Source: an uncultured delta proteobacterium (lineage in GTDB: Bacteria > Desulfobacterota > Desulfobacteria > Desulfobacterales > UBA2156). Taken from it: a stretch of DNA of 64,000 nucleotides. Below are positions 41,240 through 51,257 of this stretch, piece by piece. The stretch covers positions 608,001 through 672,000 of the forward strand of contig CAVTQK010000009.1 in assembly GCA_963736855.1 (NCBI GenBank), in the 5' to 3' direction. The notes below the pieces were generated by a model, which did not search any database, had not been told where the DNA came from, and worked only from the letters and a program-made list of their open reading frames with translations. Within the stretch, counting starts at the first letter, position 1, and each line of letters starts with the position of its first letter. Both the position numbers and the translations under genes were made by a program.

Positions 41240-43131
41240 GAAAGCGTCTGCTCCCGTTTCTGAAGGTCATCCTCGGGACGATCTATCGGTCGGCTTTTTT
41301 GATTTATCTCCAGATGCACATCCTCCAGATGCACTGAAAAACGCCTCAAGAAAAGGGCGTTCACCACGCAAAAGCCCTTGACCGCCTCTATCCGGGACGG
41401 ATCGGCTTCGGTGAAAGAAATGAGCAGCCCCCCCACGGGGTGTTTCTTGAGAATTGTCGACAAATCATCGAATGATCCCAGGATAGGATATCCGTTCAGC
41501 TTCCTGCCGACTTTCAGGGGGTCGTCATCGATGAACCCGATCGGCTTGATGCCAAGGCTGGGGTTGTTGAGGATCTCACGCAACAGGATCTCGCCGCCGC
41601 GTCCGGCCCCGTAGATGATCACCATGTCCCCGGCCAGAGCCTTTCGCTTCACCGTGTCCATAAAAAGGCGGAAGGATCCCCGGGTCCCCAGTAGCAATCC
41701 GGTCGTTAAAAACCAGTCGATGACAAAAATCCCCTTGGAAAAATCTTCAAACCGATAAATAAACGTGATCACCGTGACGGACAGCACGGTCCCTGCTGCA
41801 GTGGCCTTGAGATAGGTAAAAACGTCGTTTGCGCTCATATAGCGCCAGATGCCCCGGTAGATGCCGATGGCAAAAAAGGCTAAAAACTTGCAGGCAATGA
41901 CTGTCGGAAGAGATCGGAGAAATACCTTGAAATAGACGCCGAACGCATCATCGTCGAACCTGAGCCGGTAAGAAACGTAATAAGCGAAAGCGATCAGCCC
42001 AAAATCCAGGATCACCAGAAGAATCTGTCGCTTGTAGGTCAACTCCACCAGGATGGGTGTGTACACCCGCCCCCGAAGAAGAGAAAACTCCTTTTCGGGA
42101 TAAACTCGAATCTGGGCGAGATAAATTCCCATGAGAAGAACGGACAGGGCTAGCGGGATGATGACCCCGGGGGAGGTGAGCGTGTCGCTTCGGTCCACAA
42201 AAATTGCGGAGAGTCCGGACACTGCGCCGATACCGTAAAGAAACAGGACCGCCCCTCGTTCGGAAAACCCCATAAGCACCAGCCGATGGGAGGTGTGATC
42301 CCGCCCCCCCGTGGACGCCTTCCTCCCGCTCAAGAGACGAATCAGGGTCACCAAGGTGGTATCCAAAATCGGAACCATGAGAACCATCACCGGAACTGCG
42401 TAGGCCGAAATCCGGTTCCCGGTACCGTTTTGGGTGTAAAGCATGGCCAGCATGGAGAGGGAAAAGCCGATGGGGAGACTTCCGTTGTCGCCCATGAATA
42501 TGGACGCCGGTTTGAAATTATACACCAAAAAAGCAGCCATGGATCCGGCAAGAATCAAGGAGATGAGAAAAAGGCTTTCGGTGTGATCAAAGAACAGTAC
42601 CGCAAATGTCAAAGTCGCTACCAGGCCAACCCCGGCACAAAGACCGTCCATGTTATCCAACAGGTTGAAAGCATTGGTGATTCCCACAATCCACACAATG
42701 GTCACCATCGTGTCGAGAGTCATGGAGACGAACCAATGGAGCCGAAATCCTAAAAAGGCGATGAAGGAGGCCACCACGATCTGACCCACTAGCTTGGTGT
42801 GGGGTTTGATCTTGATGAAATCGTCTACAAGGCCCAGCAAGAAGAGCGCGGTGATACCGAGCCACACCACGGCCGCCGGGGAAGCAGGGAGCTTGATGAC
42901 GGCGGATCGGTCCATATGAGAAACGACGGTGGAAAAATCGGAGATAAAAAACAAGGGGATCGCTATTCCGGCATAGATGGCTATTCCTCCAAGCAGGGCG
43001 GTGGGCTTCTTATGCCACCGCTCTTCGGAGGGTTTGGCCAGCCAGCCTTTCATAATAGCCGCCCACCGGATGAGAGGGGTCAGCACCAGGCAGATGAAAA
43101 AGGAAGCCCCGAATAAACCGTACTCCATCAT
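41236..43131 (-). CDS. WecA/MraY-like polyprenyl-phosphate sugar-1-P transferase fused to a PglF/CapD-type membrane + CoA-binding module
   Basis: NAFNLLDNMDGL, FMGDNGS, DHTSHRL; C-part YRGIWRY, IYGAGRGG, GFIDDD. Confidence 0.82.
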   Translation of the reverse strand: MMEYGLFGASFFICLVLTPLIRWAAIMKGWLAKPSEERWHKKPTALLGGIAIYAGIAIPLFFISDFSTVVSHMDRSAVIKLPASPAAVVWLGITALFLLGLVDDFIKIKPHTKLVGQIVVASFIAFLGFRLHWFVSMTLDTMVTIVWIVGITNAFNLLDNMDGLCAGVGLVATLTFAVLFFDHTESLFLISLILAGSMAAFLVYNFKPASIFMGDNGSLPIGFSLSMLAMLYTQNGTGNRISAYAVPVMVLMVPILDTTLVTLIRLLSGRKASTGGRDHTSHRLVLMGFSERGAVLFLYGIGAVSGLSAIFVDRSDTLTSPGVIIPLALSVLLMGIYLAQIRVYPEKEFSLLRGRVYTPILVELTYKRQILLVILDFGLIAFAYYVSYRLRFDDDAFGVYFKVFLRSLPTVIACKFLAFFAIGIYRGIWRYMSANDVFTYLKATAAGTVLSVTVITFIYRFEDFSKGIFVIDWFLTTGLLLGTRGSFRLFMDTVKRKALAGDMVIIYGAGRGGEILLREILNNPSLGIKPIGFIDDDPLKVGRKLNGYPILGSFDDLSTILKKHPVGGLLISFTEADPSRIEAVKGFCVVNALFLRRFSVHLEDVHLEINQKSRPIDRPEDDLQKREQTLS

Positions 43132-43206
43132 TATTGCCGCCTGATCGTTATGGGTGCCGGTGGACGTGCGCTAACCGGTAGGTCGCGTTTAATAAACAGG
43201 GCCGGA

Positions 43207-43395
43207 TCAGGGCACCCGACCGGTGCCGCCCGAACCGATCCCTCAGGTCTTGCACGGGGCTTTTCCCTGCTGACCCTTTTCGAGCCATTTCAGCAGAGCC
43301 AAAAAGGGGGCTGCCATACGTCGGACAAAAGACGGCTTGCCTTTGGACGGGGCCTTTCCTCTTTTCTTACCGTCTTTTGAAGCGACTACTTCCAT
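43207..43395 (-). CDS. Candidate 62-aa selenoprotein with CxxU motif (50 aa if UGA 43243-43245 is a stop)
   Basis: ATG overlaps the purM stop; MEVVASKDGKKRGKAPSKGKPSFVRRMAAPFLALLKWLEKGQQGKAPCKT-UGA-GIGSGGTGRVP; SECIS-like hairpin follows; selB in window. Confidence 0.5.
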
Positions 43396-44429
43396 TGGAT
43401 CCTCGACCCGTCTGCCGGACGCTTGATGATTTCGCCGATGACAAACGCTTTTTCATCCAAACCGTTGAGGCGCTCCAAGACGTCCTTGACGGCTTCTTCC
43501 GGAACAACGGCCACCATGCCGATGCCGTTGTTGAAGGTCCGCAACATCTCCTCATCGGACACCTTCCCGGCCTCTTTCAAAAAGGAAAAAACCGGCGGCA
43601 CCTCCCAGCTGTCCTTATAAAAGAGAGCACCGCATGCTTCCGGAAGGATGCGGGGGACATTTCCCGTAATCCCGCCTCCGGTAATGTGAGCGAGACCTCG
43701 GATAGGGCGATCCTTGATAAGAGCCTGCAGTGTTTTAACGTAAATCCGGGTCGGCGTCAAAAGCGCTTCGCCGAGCGGCCGGTCCAGCTTTGAAACAAAA
43801 TCCTGGATATCAAGCTTTAAGATATCGAAACATATCTTTCGAACCAGTGAAAACCCGTTGGAATGAAGACCGCTGGAGGCAATCCCGACCAGCCTGTCGC
43901 CTACCGAGATGTCGCTTCCGTCGATGATCTTCTGATTGTCTACGATGCCCACCACGAATCCGGCCAAGTCATATTCATCGGGGTGGTAAAAGCCCGGCAT
44001 CTCCGCGGTCTCTCCCCCGATCAGGACGCACTGTGCTTCCTGACACCCGCTGACAATCCCTTTCAAGATATCGGTTGCGATCTGGGGCTTGAGCGATCCC
44101 ATGGCCATATAATCCAGAAAAAACAGAGGCTTGGCTCCATGAACGGCGATGTCGTTGACGCACATGGCCACCAGGTCAATCCCTACGGTGTCATGGGTTT
44201 GGGTCATGAAGGCGATTTTCAGTTTTGTTCCCACACCGTCGGTGGAACTTACCAGGACCGGGCTGGAAATGTTCTGAAGGTTGAGGGAGTATAGACCCCC
44301 GAATCCGCCGATGCCGCCGATCACTCGGGAATTGAATGTGGTCTTGGCCATTTCCTTGATCCGATCCACAAAACGGTCGGCCTTTTCAATGTCAACACCG
44401 GCATCTGCATAGGTCCATGATTTGGTCAT
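43386..44429 (-). CDS. purM: Phosphoribosylformylglycinamidine cyclo-ligase
   Basis: YADAGVDI, TDGVGTKL, GGETAEMPG, GLHSNGFSL, AHITGGG. Confidence 0.96.
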   Translation of the reverse strand: MTKSWTYADAGVDIEKADRFVDRIKEMAKTTFNSRVIGGIGGFGGLYSLNLQNISSPVLVSSTDGVGTKLKIAFMTQTHDTVGIDLVAMCVNDIAVHGAKPLFFLDYMAMGSLKPQIATDILKGIVSGCQEAQCVLIGGETAEMPGFYHPDEYDLAGFVVGIVDNQKIIDGSDISVGDRLVGIASSGLHSNGFSLVRKICFDILKLDIQDFVSKLDRPLGEALLTPTRIYVKTLQALIKDRPIRGLAHITGGGITGNVPRILPEACGALFYKDSWEVPPVFSFLKEAGKVSDEEMLRTFNNGIGMVAVVPEEAVKDVLERLNGLDEKAFVIGEIIKRPADGSRIQWK

Positions 44430-44463
44430 CCTTCTCCCGGGACCTCCTTTGAATATGAAATGT

Positions 44464-44601
44464 GATGGCTTCGTAAAAAGTCCATCTGCTGCGTCATCCT
44501 TCGTCATTGCGGCGTAATCGCCTCATTCCTCAGGATTTGCGCGCCTTGCATCTGAAGCTTTTTACTTTGCCATCCCAATTTTGAGTTTTTACGATTTCAT
44601 C
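44464..44601. mobile_element. MITE-like repeat, copy 4 (inverted, small internal deletions)
   Basis: Reverse complement of copies 1 and 3; flanks AAATGT / AAATAT. Confidence 0.85.
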
Positions 44602-44735
44602 AAATATGACGCTTCAAAATACCAGGAAAAATATCTTCAAAGTCTTTGCAAGTCAAAAGAAATTTTTGACAAATATATTTCGATATCATATTAATACCAT
44701 TTTATTTTCTTTCGAAAAGCTGGATGGAGGAAATC

Positions 44736-45938
44736 ATGTCTCGTTTTGCACGGTTGGATCGACTCCCGCCGTACGTCTTTGCCACCGTAAATCAAATCAA
44801 GATGGAGGCAAGACAGGCTGGAGAGGATATCATCGACCTGGGAATGGGAAACCCGGACATCGGGACGCCGCCGCACATCGTTGCCAAGCTCATCGAAGCC
44901 GCCCAGAAACCCCAAAATCACCGATATTCGGCCTCCATGGGGATCACCAAGCTCCGAACGGCGATCTCGGGCTGGTACAAGCGCCGGTTCGACGTGGATA
45001 TCAACCCGGATACCGAGGCCATCGTCACCATTGGAGTCAAGGAAGGAGTGTCCCATCTGATCCTTGTAACCATCCGCCCGGGCGATGTGGTCTTAACGCC
45101 GAACCCTACCTACCCCATTCATCCGTATTCGGCCATCATCGCCGGCGGAGATGTCCGGGGAATCCCTGCGGGCCCCGATGAGGATTTCTTCGACAACCTC
45201 ATGCGCGCCACAAAGCAGACATGGCCCAGACCCAAGGTCCTCATTATTTCCTTCCCTCATAATCCCACGACCGAGGTGGTAGGGCTGGAATTTTTCGAAA
45301 AAATCGTGGCTTATGCCAAAGAACACGATCTCATGGTGATCCATGATTTTGCTTATGCGGATCTGGTCTTTGATGGATACCAAGCCCCCAGCTTCCTCCA
45401 GGCCAAAGGCGCCAAGGATGTCGGTGTGGAGTTCTTCTCGCTTTCCAAAAGTTACAGCATGCCCGGGTGGCGCGTGGGGTTCTGCGTGGGAAATGCGGAA
45501 ATCGTCGCCGCGTTGCGCAGGATTAAAAGCTACCTGGACTACGGCATCTTTCAGCCGATTCAGATTGCCGCCATCATCGCCTTGAGCGGGGAAAATGAGG
45601 CGGATCATAAAGAAGGCCTCAGGGACCGCCAGCCCTGTGTGAAGGAAATTGTGGACATTTACCGCCAGCGGCGGGACGCCCTGATTTCGGGCCTGGAAAG
45701 GATCGGGTGGCATATCCCGCCGCCGAAAGGAACCATGTTCGTCTGGGGGAAAATCCCTGAAAAATACGTGAAAATGGGGTCCGTTGCCTTTTCAGAAATG
45801 TTGATCCGAAAAGCAAAAGTTGCCGTTTCGCCCGGTCTGGGGTTTGGAGAGTATGGGGATGAATATGTCCGTTTCGCCCTCATCGAAAACCCGATGCGCA
45901 TCAATCAGGCCGTGAGGGGAATCCGACAGGTTTTATAG
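44736..45938 (+). CDS. alaC: Class I PLP aminotransferase (AlaC/YfdZ-like)
   Basis: [34 protein letters not shown]. Confidence 0.8.
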   Translation: MSRFARLDRLPPYVFATVNQIKMEARQAGEDIIDLGMGNPDIGTPPHIVAKLIEAAQKPQNHRYSASMGITKLRTAISGWYKRRFDVDINPDTEAIVTIGVKEGVSHLILVTIRPGDVVLTPNPTYPIHPYSAIIAGGDVRGIPAGPDEDFFDNLMRATKQTWPRPKVLIISFPHNPTTEVVGLEFFEKIVAYAKEHDLMVIHDFAYADLVFDGYQAPSFLQAKGAKDVGVEFFSLSKSYSMPGWRVGFCVGNAEIVAALRRIKSYLDYGIFQPIQIAAIIALSGENEADHKEGLRDRQPCVKEIVDIYRQRRDALISGLERIGWHIPPPKGTMFVWGKIPEKYVKMGSVAFSEMLIRKAKVAVSPGLGFGEYGDEYVRFALIENPMRINQAVRGIRQVL

Positions 45939-45951
45939 AGGGGAGTTGCCG

Positions 45952-47271
45952 ATGAAATCCATACGTGTGGGGCTGTTAGGGTGCGGTACGGTGGGCACGG
46001 GGGTGGCCCGGATTCTCTTGGAAAACGAATCTCTCCTGAAAGCAAGGGTGGGTGCGGACATTCACCTGACGCGCGTGGCGGATATCGACCTGACAAAAAA
46101 CCGGGGAATCCGTTTTAATAAAGGGGTTCTTATAAAAGACGCCTCCAAGATTGTGGATGATCCTGATATCGATATCGTCGTCGAGACGATCGGGGGACTT
46201 ACCGCAGCCTATGACCTGATCCTGCGCGCGATTAAAAGCGGCAAGCACGTGGTAACGGCCAACAAGGCATTGCTGGCCGTCCATGGAAACGCATTGTTTT
46301 CAGCGGCGTATAGAAAAGGAGTCGATCTGGCCTTCGAAGCCAGCGTGGGAGGGTGCATGCCGGTAGTTAAAACCCTGCGGGAATCCCTGGTGGGCAATCG
46401 GATCGAATCGATGATCGGGATCCTCAACGGGACATGCAATTACATTCTCACCCAAATCTCCCGGGAAGGGATGACATTTAAAGAGGCCTTGGCTCAAGCC
46501 CAGGCCCAGGGGTTTGCCGAGGCCGACCCGACACTGGACGTGGAAGGACACGATGCCGCTCACAAGCTGGCGATTTTGTCGGCTTTGGCCTACGGGATGA
46601 CGGTCAACCTGAAAGACATCTATATCGAAGGGATCTCCGGGATCACCCCCCTGGATATCGATTTTGCCCGGCAGTTCGGCTACACGGTGAAACTTCTGGC
46701 CATCAGTAAAAATTTCGGAAACCGCGTGGAAGCCCGGATTCATCCCACCATGGTCCCTGAAAACAACCTCCTTTCCAGCGTGAACGGTTCTGTGAATGCC
46801 CTGACCATCACCGGGGACCGCGCGGGGGACATGATGCTTTACGGTTACGGCGCCGGTATGATGCCGACGGCCAGCGCCGTGGTATCCGATATCGTGGACT
46901 TGGCCCGGAACATCCTTTCCGGAAGCCGCCCCCTTCGGATTCCGATGATGTCATACCAGAAAAATCGCATCCGGAAATTATCCGTGGTTCCCATCGGTGA
47001 TATTTATACCCATTACTATTTCCGGTTTTCCGCCCTTGACCAGCCCGGAGTCCTTTCCAAAATTTCCGGAGTCCTGGGAAAATACGGCATCAGCCTCCAA
47101 TCCGTTCACCAGAAGGGAAGAAAAACCAACGGGGCGGTTCCGGTGGTGATGCTTTCCCATAAGGCCCGGGAAAAAGATGTGGCCTCAGCCCTAGCGAAAA
47201 TCGGCGCCATGGACGTGGTGGATGCCAAGCCGATCCTCATTCGAATCGAAGAGGAAGTGCAGCAACAGTGA
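45952..47271 (+). CDS. hom: Homoserine dehydrogenase with C-terminal ACT domain
   Basis: GCGTVG, VVTANK, FEASVGG, GILNGTCNYIL, AEADPTLDVEG, DQPGVL. Confidence 0.95.
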   Translation: MKSIRVGLLGCGTVGTGVARILLENESLLKARVGADIHLTRVADIDLTKNRGIRFNKGVLIKDASKIVDDPDIDIVVETIGGLTAAYDLILRAIKSGKHVVTANKALLAVHGNALFSAAYRKGVDLAFEASVGGCMPVVKTLRESLVGNRIESMIGILNGTCNYILTQISREGMTFKEALAQAQAQGFAEADPTLDVEGHDAAHKLAILSALAYGMTVNLKDIYIEGISGITPLDIDFARQFGYTVKLLAISKNFGNRVEARIHPTMVPENNLLSSVNGSVNALTITGDRAGDMMLYGYGAGMMPTASAVVSDIVDLARNILSGSRPLRIPMMSYQKNRIRKLSVVPIGDIYTHYYFRFSALDQPGVLSKISGVLGKYGISLQSVHQKGRKTNGAVPVVMLSHKAREKDVASALAKIGAMDVVDAKPILIRIEEEVQQQ

Positions 47272-47909
47272 AAGAAAAACTCATGAATATTATCTGCTCT
47301 GACATGGAAGGGATCTTCACACCTGAAATCTGGATCAACGTGGCTAAAAAGACCGGCATCGACGATCTCAAACTCACCACTCGGGATGTGCCGGATTACG
47401 ATGTGCTCATGAAGCGCCGTCTGGCCATTTTACATCGACACAGGATCACTCTGAAAAACATCCAGGACGTGATTTCAGGCATGGAGCCCCTTCCCGGCGC
47501 CAAGGCCTTTTTAGACTGGATGCGTTCCAAGTTTCAGGTCATCGTCGTCTCCGATACCTTCGTGGAATTTGCCGGACCGCTCTTGGAAAAGCTGGGGCGA
47601 CCCACGCTCTTTTGCCACTGTCTCACCGTCAACGACGAGGGCCTGATCGTGGATTACAATCTGCGACAACCCGAGGCAAAAAAGCAAACAGCCCTTTCCT
47701 TAAAGGGCCTGAACTATCGGGTTATCGGCATCGGCGATTCTTACAACGACATCCTTATGCTTAAAGCTGCTGACCACGCCATCCTGTATCACCCGCCTGA
47801 AAACGTGAAAAAAGAGTATCCGGATTTTCCGGTCACGGAAAATTATGTAGAGCTCAAGGAGATACTTTTAAGCCTCACGGACGGCAGATGCGTAAAGGAA
47901 TCGAAATGA
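47268..47909 (+). CDS. thrH: Phosphoserine phosphatase / homoserine phosphotransferase (HAD)
   Basis: DMEGIFTPEIWI, TTRDVPDYDVLM, GDSYND. Confidence 0.9.
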   Translation: MKEKLMNIICSDMEGIFTPEIWINVAKKTGIDDLKLTTRDVPDYDVLMKRRLAILHRHRITLKNIQDVISGMEPLPGAKAFLDWMRSKFQVIVVSDTFVEFAGPLLEKLGRPTLFCHCLTVNDEGLIVDYNLRQPEAKKQTALSLKGLNYRVIGIGDSYNDILMLKAADHAILYHPPENVKKEYPDFPVTENYVELKEILLSLTDGRCVKESK

Positions 47910-48343
47910 ACCCGGCTCATCGAACATCGGTCCGGGTGCTCTACGGTGACACCGATAAAATGGGGTTCGCTTACTACGGCAACTATATGCGCTGGTTTGA
48001 AATCGGCCGGACCCAGCTTTTTCGCTCCTGGGGGTTCACTTATAAAAGCATCGAAGAAAAAGGGGTTTTTTTGCCGGTTTCCGAGGCCTTTTGCAAGTAC
48101 GTGACCCCGGTCACATACGACGACCAACTGGTTGTGGAAACCCGCTTTGATCCGAGCGTGAAAGCCGGCGTCAAGTTCGATTACAGAATATTTTTCATGG
48201 AAAAAGAGACCCTTTGTGCATCCGGCTACACGTTGCATGCATGCATGAATACTGAAGGCCGCGTGATCCGCCCTCCCCGATTCCTGTCGCAATTGATTCG
48301 GGAACATACGGGATCGCCACCCGACAAAAAAGGGGGATCATGA
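47906..48343 (+). CDS. Acyl-CoA thioesterase (YbgC/FadM family)
   Basis: RVLYGDTDKMGFAYYGNYMRWFEIGR. Confidence 0.88.
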   Translation: MNPAHRTSVRVLYGDTDKMGFAYYGNYMRWFEIGRTQLFRSWGFTYKSIEEKGVFLPVSEAFCKYVTPVTYDDQLVVETRFDPSVKAGVKFDYRIFFMEKETLCASGYTLHACMNTEGRVIRPPRFLSQLIREHTGSPPDKKGGS

Positions 48344-49341
48344 AAAAGACCTCTGCGTTGAATATAGACTTTCATCAATTCCCAAAATGCCGGATCCTTG
48401 TGATCGGGGACCTGATGATCGATGAGTACATCTGGGGGGACGTGGATCGAATCTCGCCGGAGGCGCCGGTCCCCGTGGTCTTGGTTAAAAACGAAAGCTT
48501 CACCCTCGGAGGCTCGGGCAACGTCATCCACAACTTGGCCGCACTGGGCGGCCAGGTTTTGGCCGTCGGCGTGGTCGGGACGGGAAGAAACGGGAATCGG
48601 ATTTTAAAAAAATTGGAAGAACTCGGGGTCAACACCAAAGGGGTCATCCGGGATCCGGAGCGACTTACCACCCAGAAGACCCGGGTCATCGCCGTCAGCC
48701 AGCATGTCCTGCGCATCGACCGGGAAACCCGAAAGGAGGTGTCTTGGGAAACCCGAAACCAACTGATCGCCTCCATCGAAAAATCCATCCCGAAGGCGGA
48801 CATGGTCCTGATCTCCGATTATGGGAAAGGCCTGATCACTCAAGACTTGATGGTCCAAATCCTGAAAACTGCCCGTGCGAAAAATAAATTTGTCATTGCC
48901 GATCCCAAAGGCTTAAGTTTTGTCAAATACGCCGGGGTCTCGCTTTTGACGCCCAATAAAAAAGAAGCGGGAATCGCCGCCGGTGTGGAGATCGTAGACA
49001 GCTCTTCATTGCAAAAGGCGGCGGAAAAAATCCTTCAAACCTTAGATATCGGAAAACTCCTCATCACATTAGGACAAGATGGCATGATCCTTTTCGAGAG
49101 GGAGAAAAACCCTTATGCCATCCGCGCCCAGGCCCGGCAGGTCTATGATGTCTCAGGCGCCGGCGACACGGTACTGGCTGTCCTTGGCCTTGCCATGGCC
49201 TCCGGAGCCACCCTTGAAACGGCCATGCATCTGGCCAATGCCGCCGCCGGCATCGTGGTGGGCAAGGTGGGGACTGCCGCAGTCACTCTGGAAGAGCTGA
49301 TAAACGCCGTCTCCTCAGGGCCGACCGACCATGGCGGATGA
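48340..49341 (+). CDS. rfaE1: D-glycero-beta-D-manno-heptose-7-phosphate kinase
   Basis: RISPEAPVPV, SDYGKG, TPNKKEA, DVSGAGDTV. Confidence 0.92.
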   Translation: MKKTSALNIDFHQFPKCRILVIGDLMIDEYIWGDVDRISPEAPVPVVLVKNESFTLGGSGNVIHNLAALGGQVLAVGVVGTGRNGNRILKKLEELGVNTKGVIRDPERLTTQKTRVIAVSQHVLRIDRETRKEVSWETRNQLIASIEKSIPKADMVLISDYGKGLITQDLMVQILKTARAKNKFVIADPKGLSFVKYAGVSLLTPNKKEAGIAAGVEIVDSSSLQKAAEKILQTLDIGKLLITLGQDGMILFEREKNPYAIRAQARQVYDVSGAGDTVLAVLGLAMASGATLETAMHLANAAAGIVVGKVGTAAVTLEELINAVSSGPTDHGG

Positions 49342-49699
49342 AGCATGCCTGGATATCCGGGACTGCCGGACCCATCTCCTCTTCAAAGTCTACGTTCTTC
49401 CAAGATCCTCCAAAAACGCCTTTGCCGGAAGACATCTGGACGCCCTGAAAGTCAAGTTGACGGCACCCCCGGTGGAAGGAGAGGCCAATCGCATCTGCAT
49501 TGAATTTTTATCCAGGCAACTCAAGATACCCAAGTCGAGTCTTGGCATCCTCTCCGGAAAAAGCGGTAGAACCAAGCGGATCCGTTTTGATCCACCTGCT
49601 AAAAACACGGCAGTCAGTGAAGTCTGTCGTGTTAAATCACTTCTCGTTAAATTCTCGAATCCGGAAAAAACAATCCGGAAAAAACAACTTGACAATTGA
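49331..49699 (+). CDS. DUF167/YggU family protein
   Basis: LKVKLTAPPVEGEAN, SGKSGRTK. Confidence 0.85.
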   Translation: MADEACLDIRDCRTHLLFKVYVLPRSSKNAFAGRHLDALKVKLTAPPVEGEANRICIEFLSRQLKIPKSSLGILSGKSGRTKRIRFDPPAKNTAVSEVCRVKSLLVKFSNPEKTIRKKQLDN

Positions 49700-49717
49700 T
49701 GAGTAAAAAGCTAAACT
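49689..49717 (+). promoter_or_regulatory. Sigma70 promoter of tRNA-fMet
   Basis: TTGACA (49689) - 17 nt - TAAACT (49712). Confidence 0.65.
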
Positions 49718-49736
49718 TTTAAGTCTTCAATACGGA

Positions 49737-49813
<77 letters not shown>

Positions 49814-49822
49814 ACAAAAACG

Positions 49823-49857
49823 ATGGGTTGCATGATATTTCATGTAACCCATTTTTT
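49823..49857 (+). terminator. Rho-independent terminator after the tRNA
   Basis: ATGGGTTGCATGA/TCATGTAACCCAT stem followed by a T-run. Confidence 0.75.
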
Positions 49858-50435
49858 ATTGGGGGAACCTAGGGGTAACCACTCTCCCACCCCGTCTCAT
49901 TCGTTTTACCCCGATTTTCCTTGAACCTTTTTGTCCGATTAAAAAAAATCGAAATCCTTCTGTTTCGCCAACGATGGAATAAGATCCATTTATAATGGTT
50001 GCCTATGATTGAAAAGATTCGCTATGAATTATTTGTGCAACTCACTCATGCCTTTTAATTGCATTTAGGGATTAGCTTCAAGAGCTTCCTTCAAATCAAG
50101 GGAGAAGATCCTATGGTTCATGGAGGTATAGCAAGCTTGCAATTCAAACCGATTCCCCATGAACAAAGGAGAGCATACCCTTCAGCGCCCGCATTACCTC
50201 TGCTTTGGATATCCCTTATAGAAGATCTCGCAATTTTTCATACTTGAGCTTTATAGATAACCGCAAAAAGAAATAAAATTTGAGTTGGTATGCTTTTACC
50301 GGTAGGTTTGGTAGCTCTAAGATCGGTGATTTTGGTAAAGAATTAGATCACTGTTCCCATCTTGACATTATTGATAACGGTTGGTAAGCTTTTTTAAGCT
50401 GAATAGTCCTTATCGTGGGAAAAAATGGGGTGGCG

Positions 50436-51056
50436 ATGGAGACCAAGCCAAGCAGGCGTACGCATCGCGAAAAAACGCTGCTCTCTGACGCGGAAATCCG
50501 CCCACCCTTGCGATCGAAGATATTAGGGGACTATGGGGATTCTGATAGTGTGCTCATTGAGGAACTCGGTCTTTGCCGAGGTCAAGTCCGCGTTGACATG
50601 GCTCTTGTGAATGGCCACCTTTACGGGTTTGAGATCAAGTCGGATCGGGACAGCCTGAAAAGACTGGGCGTCCAGGCCGAAATTTATAGCAAGGTGTTTG
50701 ACCGCATGACCATAGTGGCTAGCGAGCGCCATTTGGATGGAGTTCTCGAATGCCTGCCGCCATGGTGGGGTGTTCTGCAGGTTGTACAAGGGGCAAGTGG
50801 CGTTCGGTTCAAGCCCCACCGCAAAGGAAGAAGAAACCCGAGCAGAGATTCCCGAACTTTAGTGGAATTACTCTGGCTTGACGATGCAATCACCTTTCTC
50901 GAACAGCGTGATTCAGCGCGTGGTGTCCGGGGCAAGCCTCGCAGGGTGGTATGGGACAAGGTTTGTGATTGTTATACTCTTGATGAAATTGCTGAGAACG
51001 TGCGCGAACGCCTCAAGGCCAGGGCAAGGCATCAAGATCTTCTACAACCTTCGTGA
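50436..51056 (+). CDS. sce7726-family protein (PD-(D/E)xK-like)
   Basis: IEELGL, RVDMALVNG, GFEIKSDRDSLKRL..Q..YSKVFD, PPWWG, LLW. Confidence 0.85.
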   Translation: METKPSRRTHREKTLLSDAEIRPPLRSKILGDYGDSDSVLIEELGLCRGQVRVDMALVNGHLYGFEIKSDRDSLKRLGVQAEIYSKVFDRMTIVASERHLDGVLECLPPWWGVLQVVQGASGVRFKPHRKGRRNPSRDSRTLVELLWLDDAITFLEQRDSARGVRGKPRRVVWDKVCDCYTLDEIAENVRERLKARARHQDLLQPS

Positions 51057-51170
51057 TGTGATGGATCGTCCCCAGCCGCCTCCAAGCCTCTTGTGAACCA
51101 TATCCGCTTTGACCGTTTGCACATTCCATCATTCCTGAACAGCCACGGCAGTGGTCAGCCCCATAATAGT
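51013..51170 (-). pseudogene. C-terminal remnant of a beta-family (T4 beta-like) protein
   Basis: YYGADHCRGC..MECANGQSGYGSQEAWRRLG/TIHHITKVVEDL-stop (one frameshift); convergent with sce7726. Confidence 0.55.
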
Positions 51171-51257
51171 AGGTACCCACCCGTTGATTTACGAGGTCTC
51201 TCGCTAAGCTCGGGAATTGTTGACTTGGCAGAGTAATTTTTATGCTTTCACCTTTAA

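Noticed and set aside
50059..50247. 62-aa ORF after the tRNA
   Set aside because: TTG start, no RBS and no recognisable motif.
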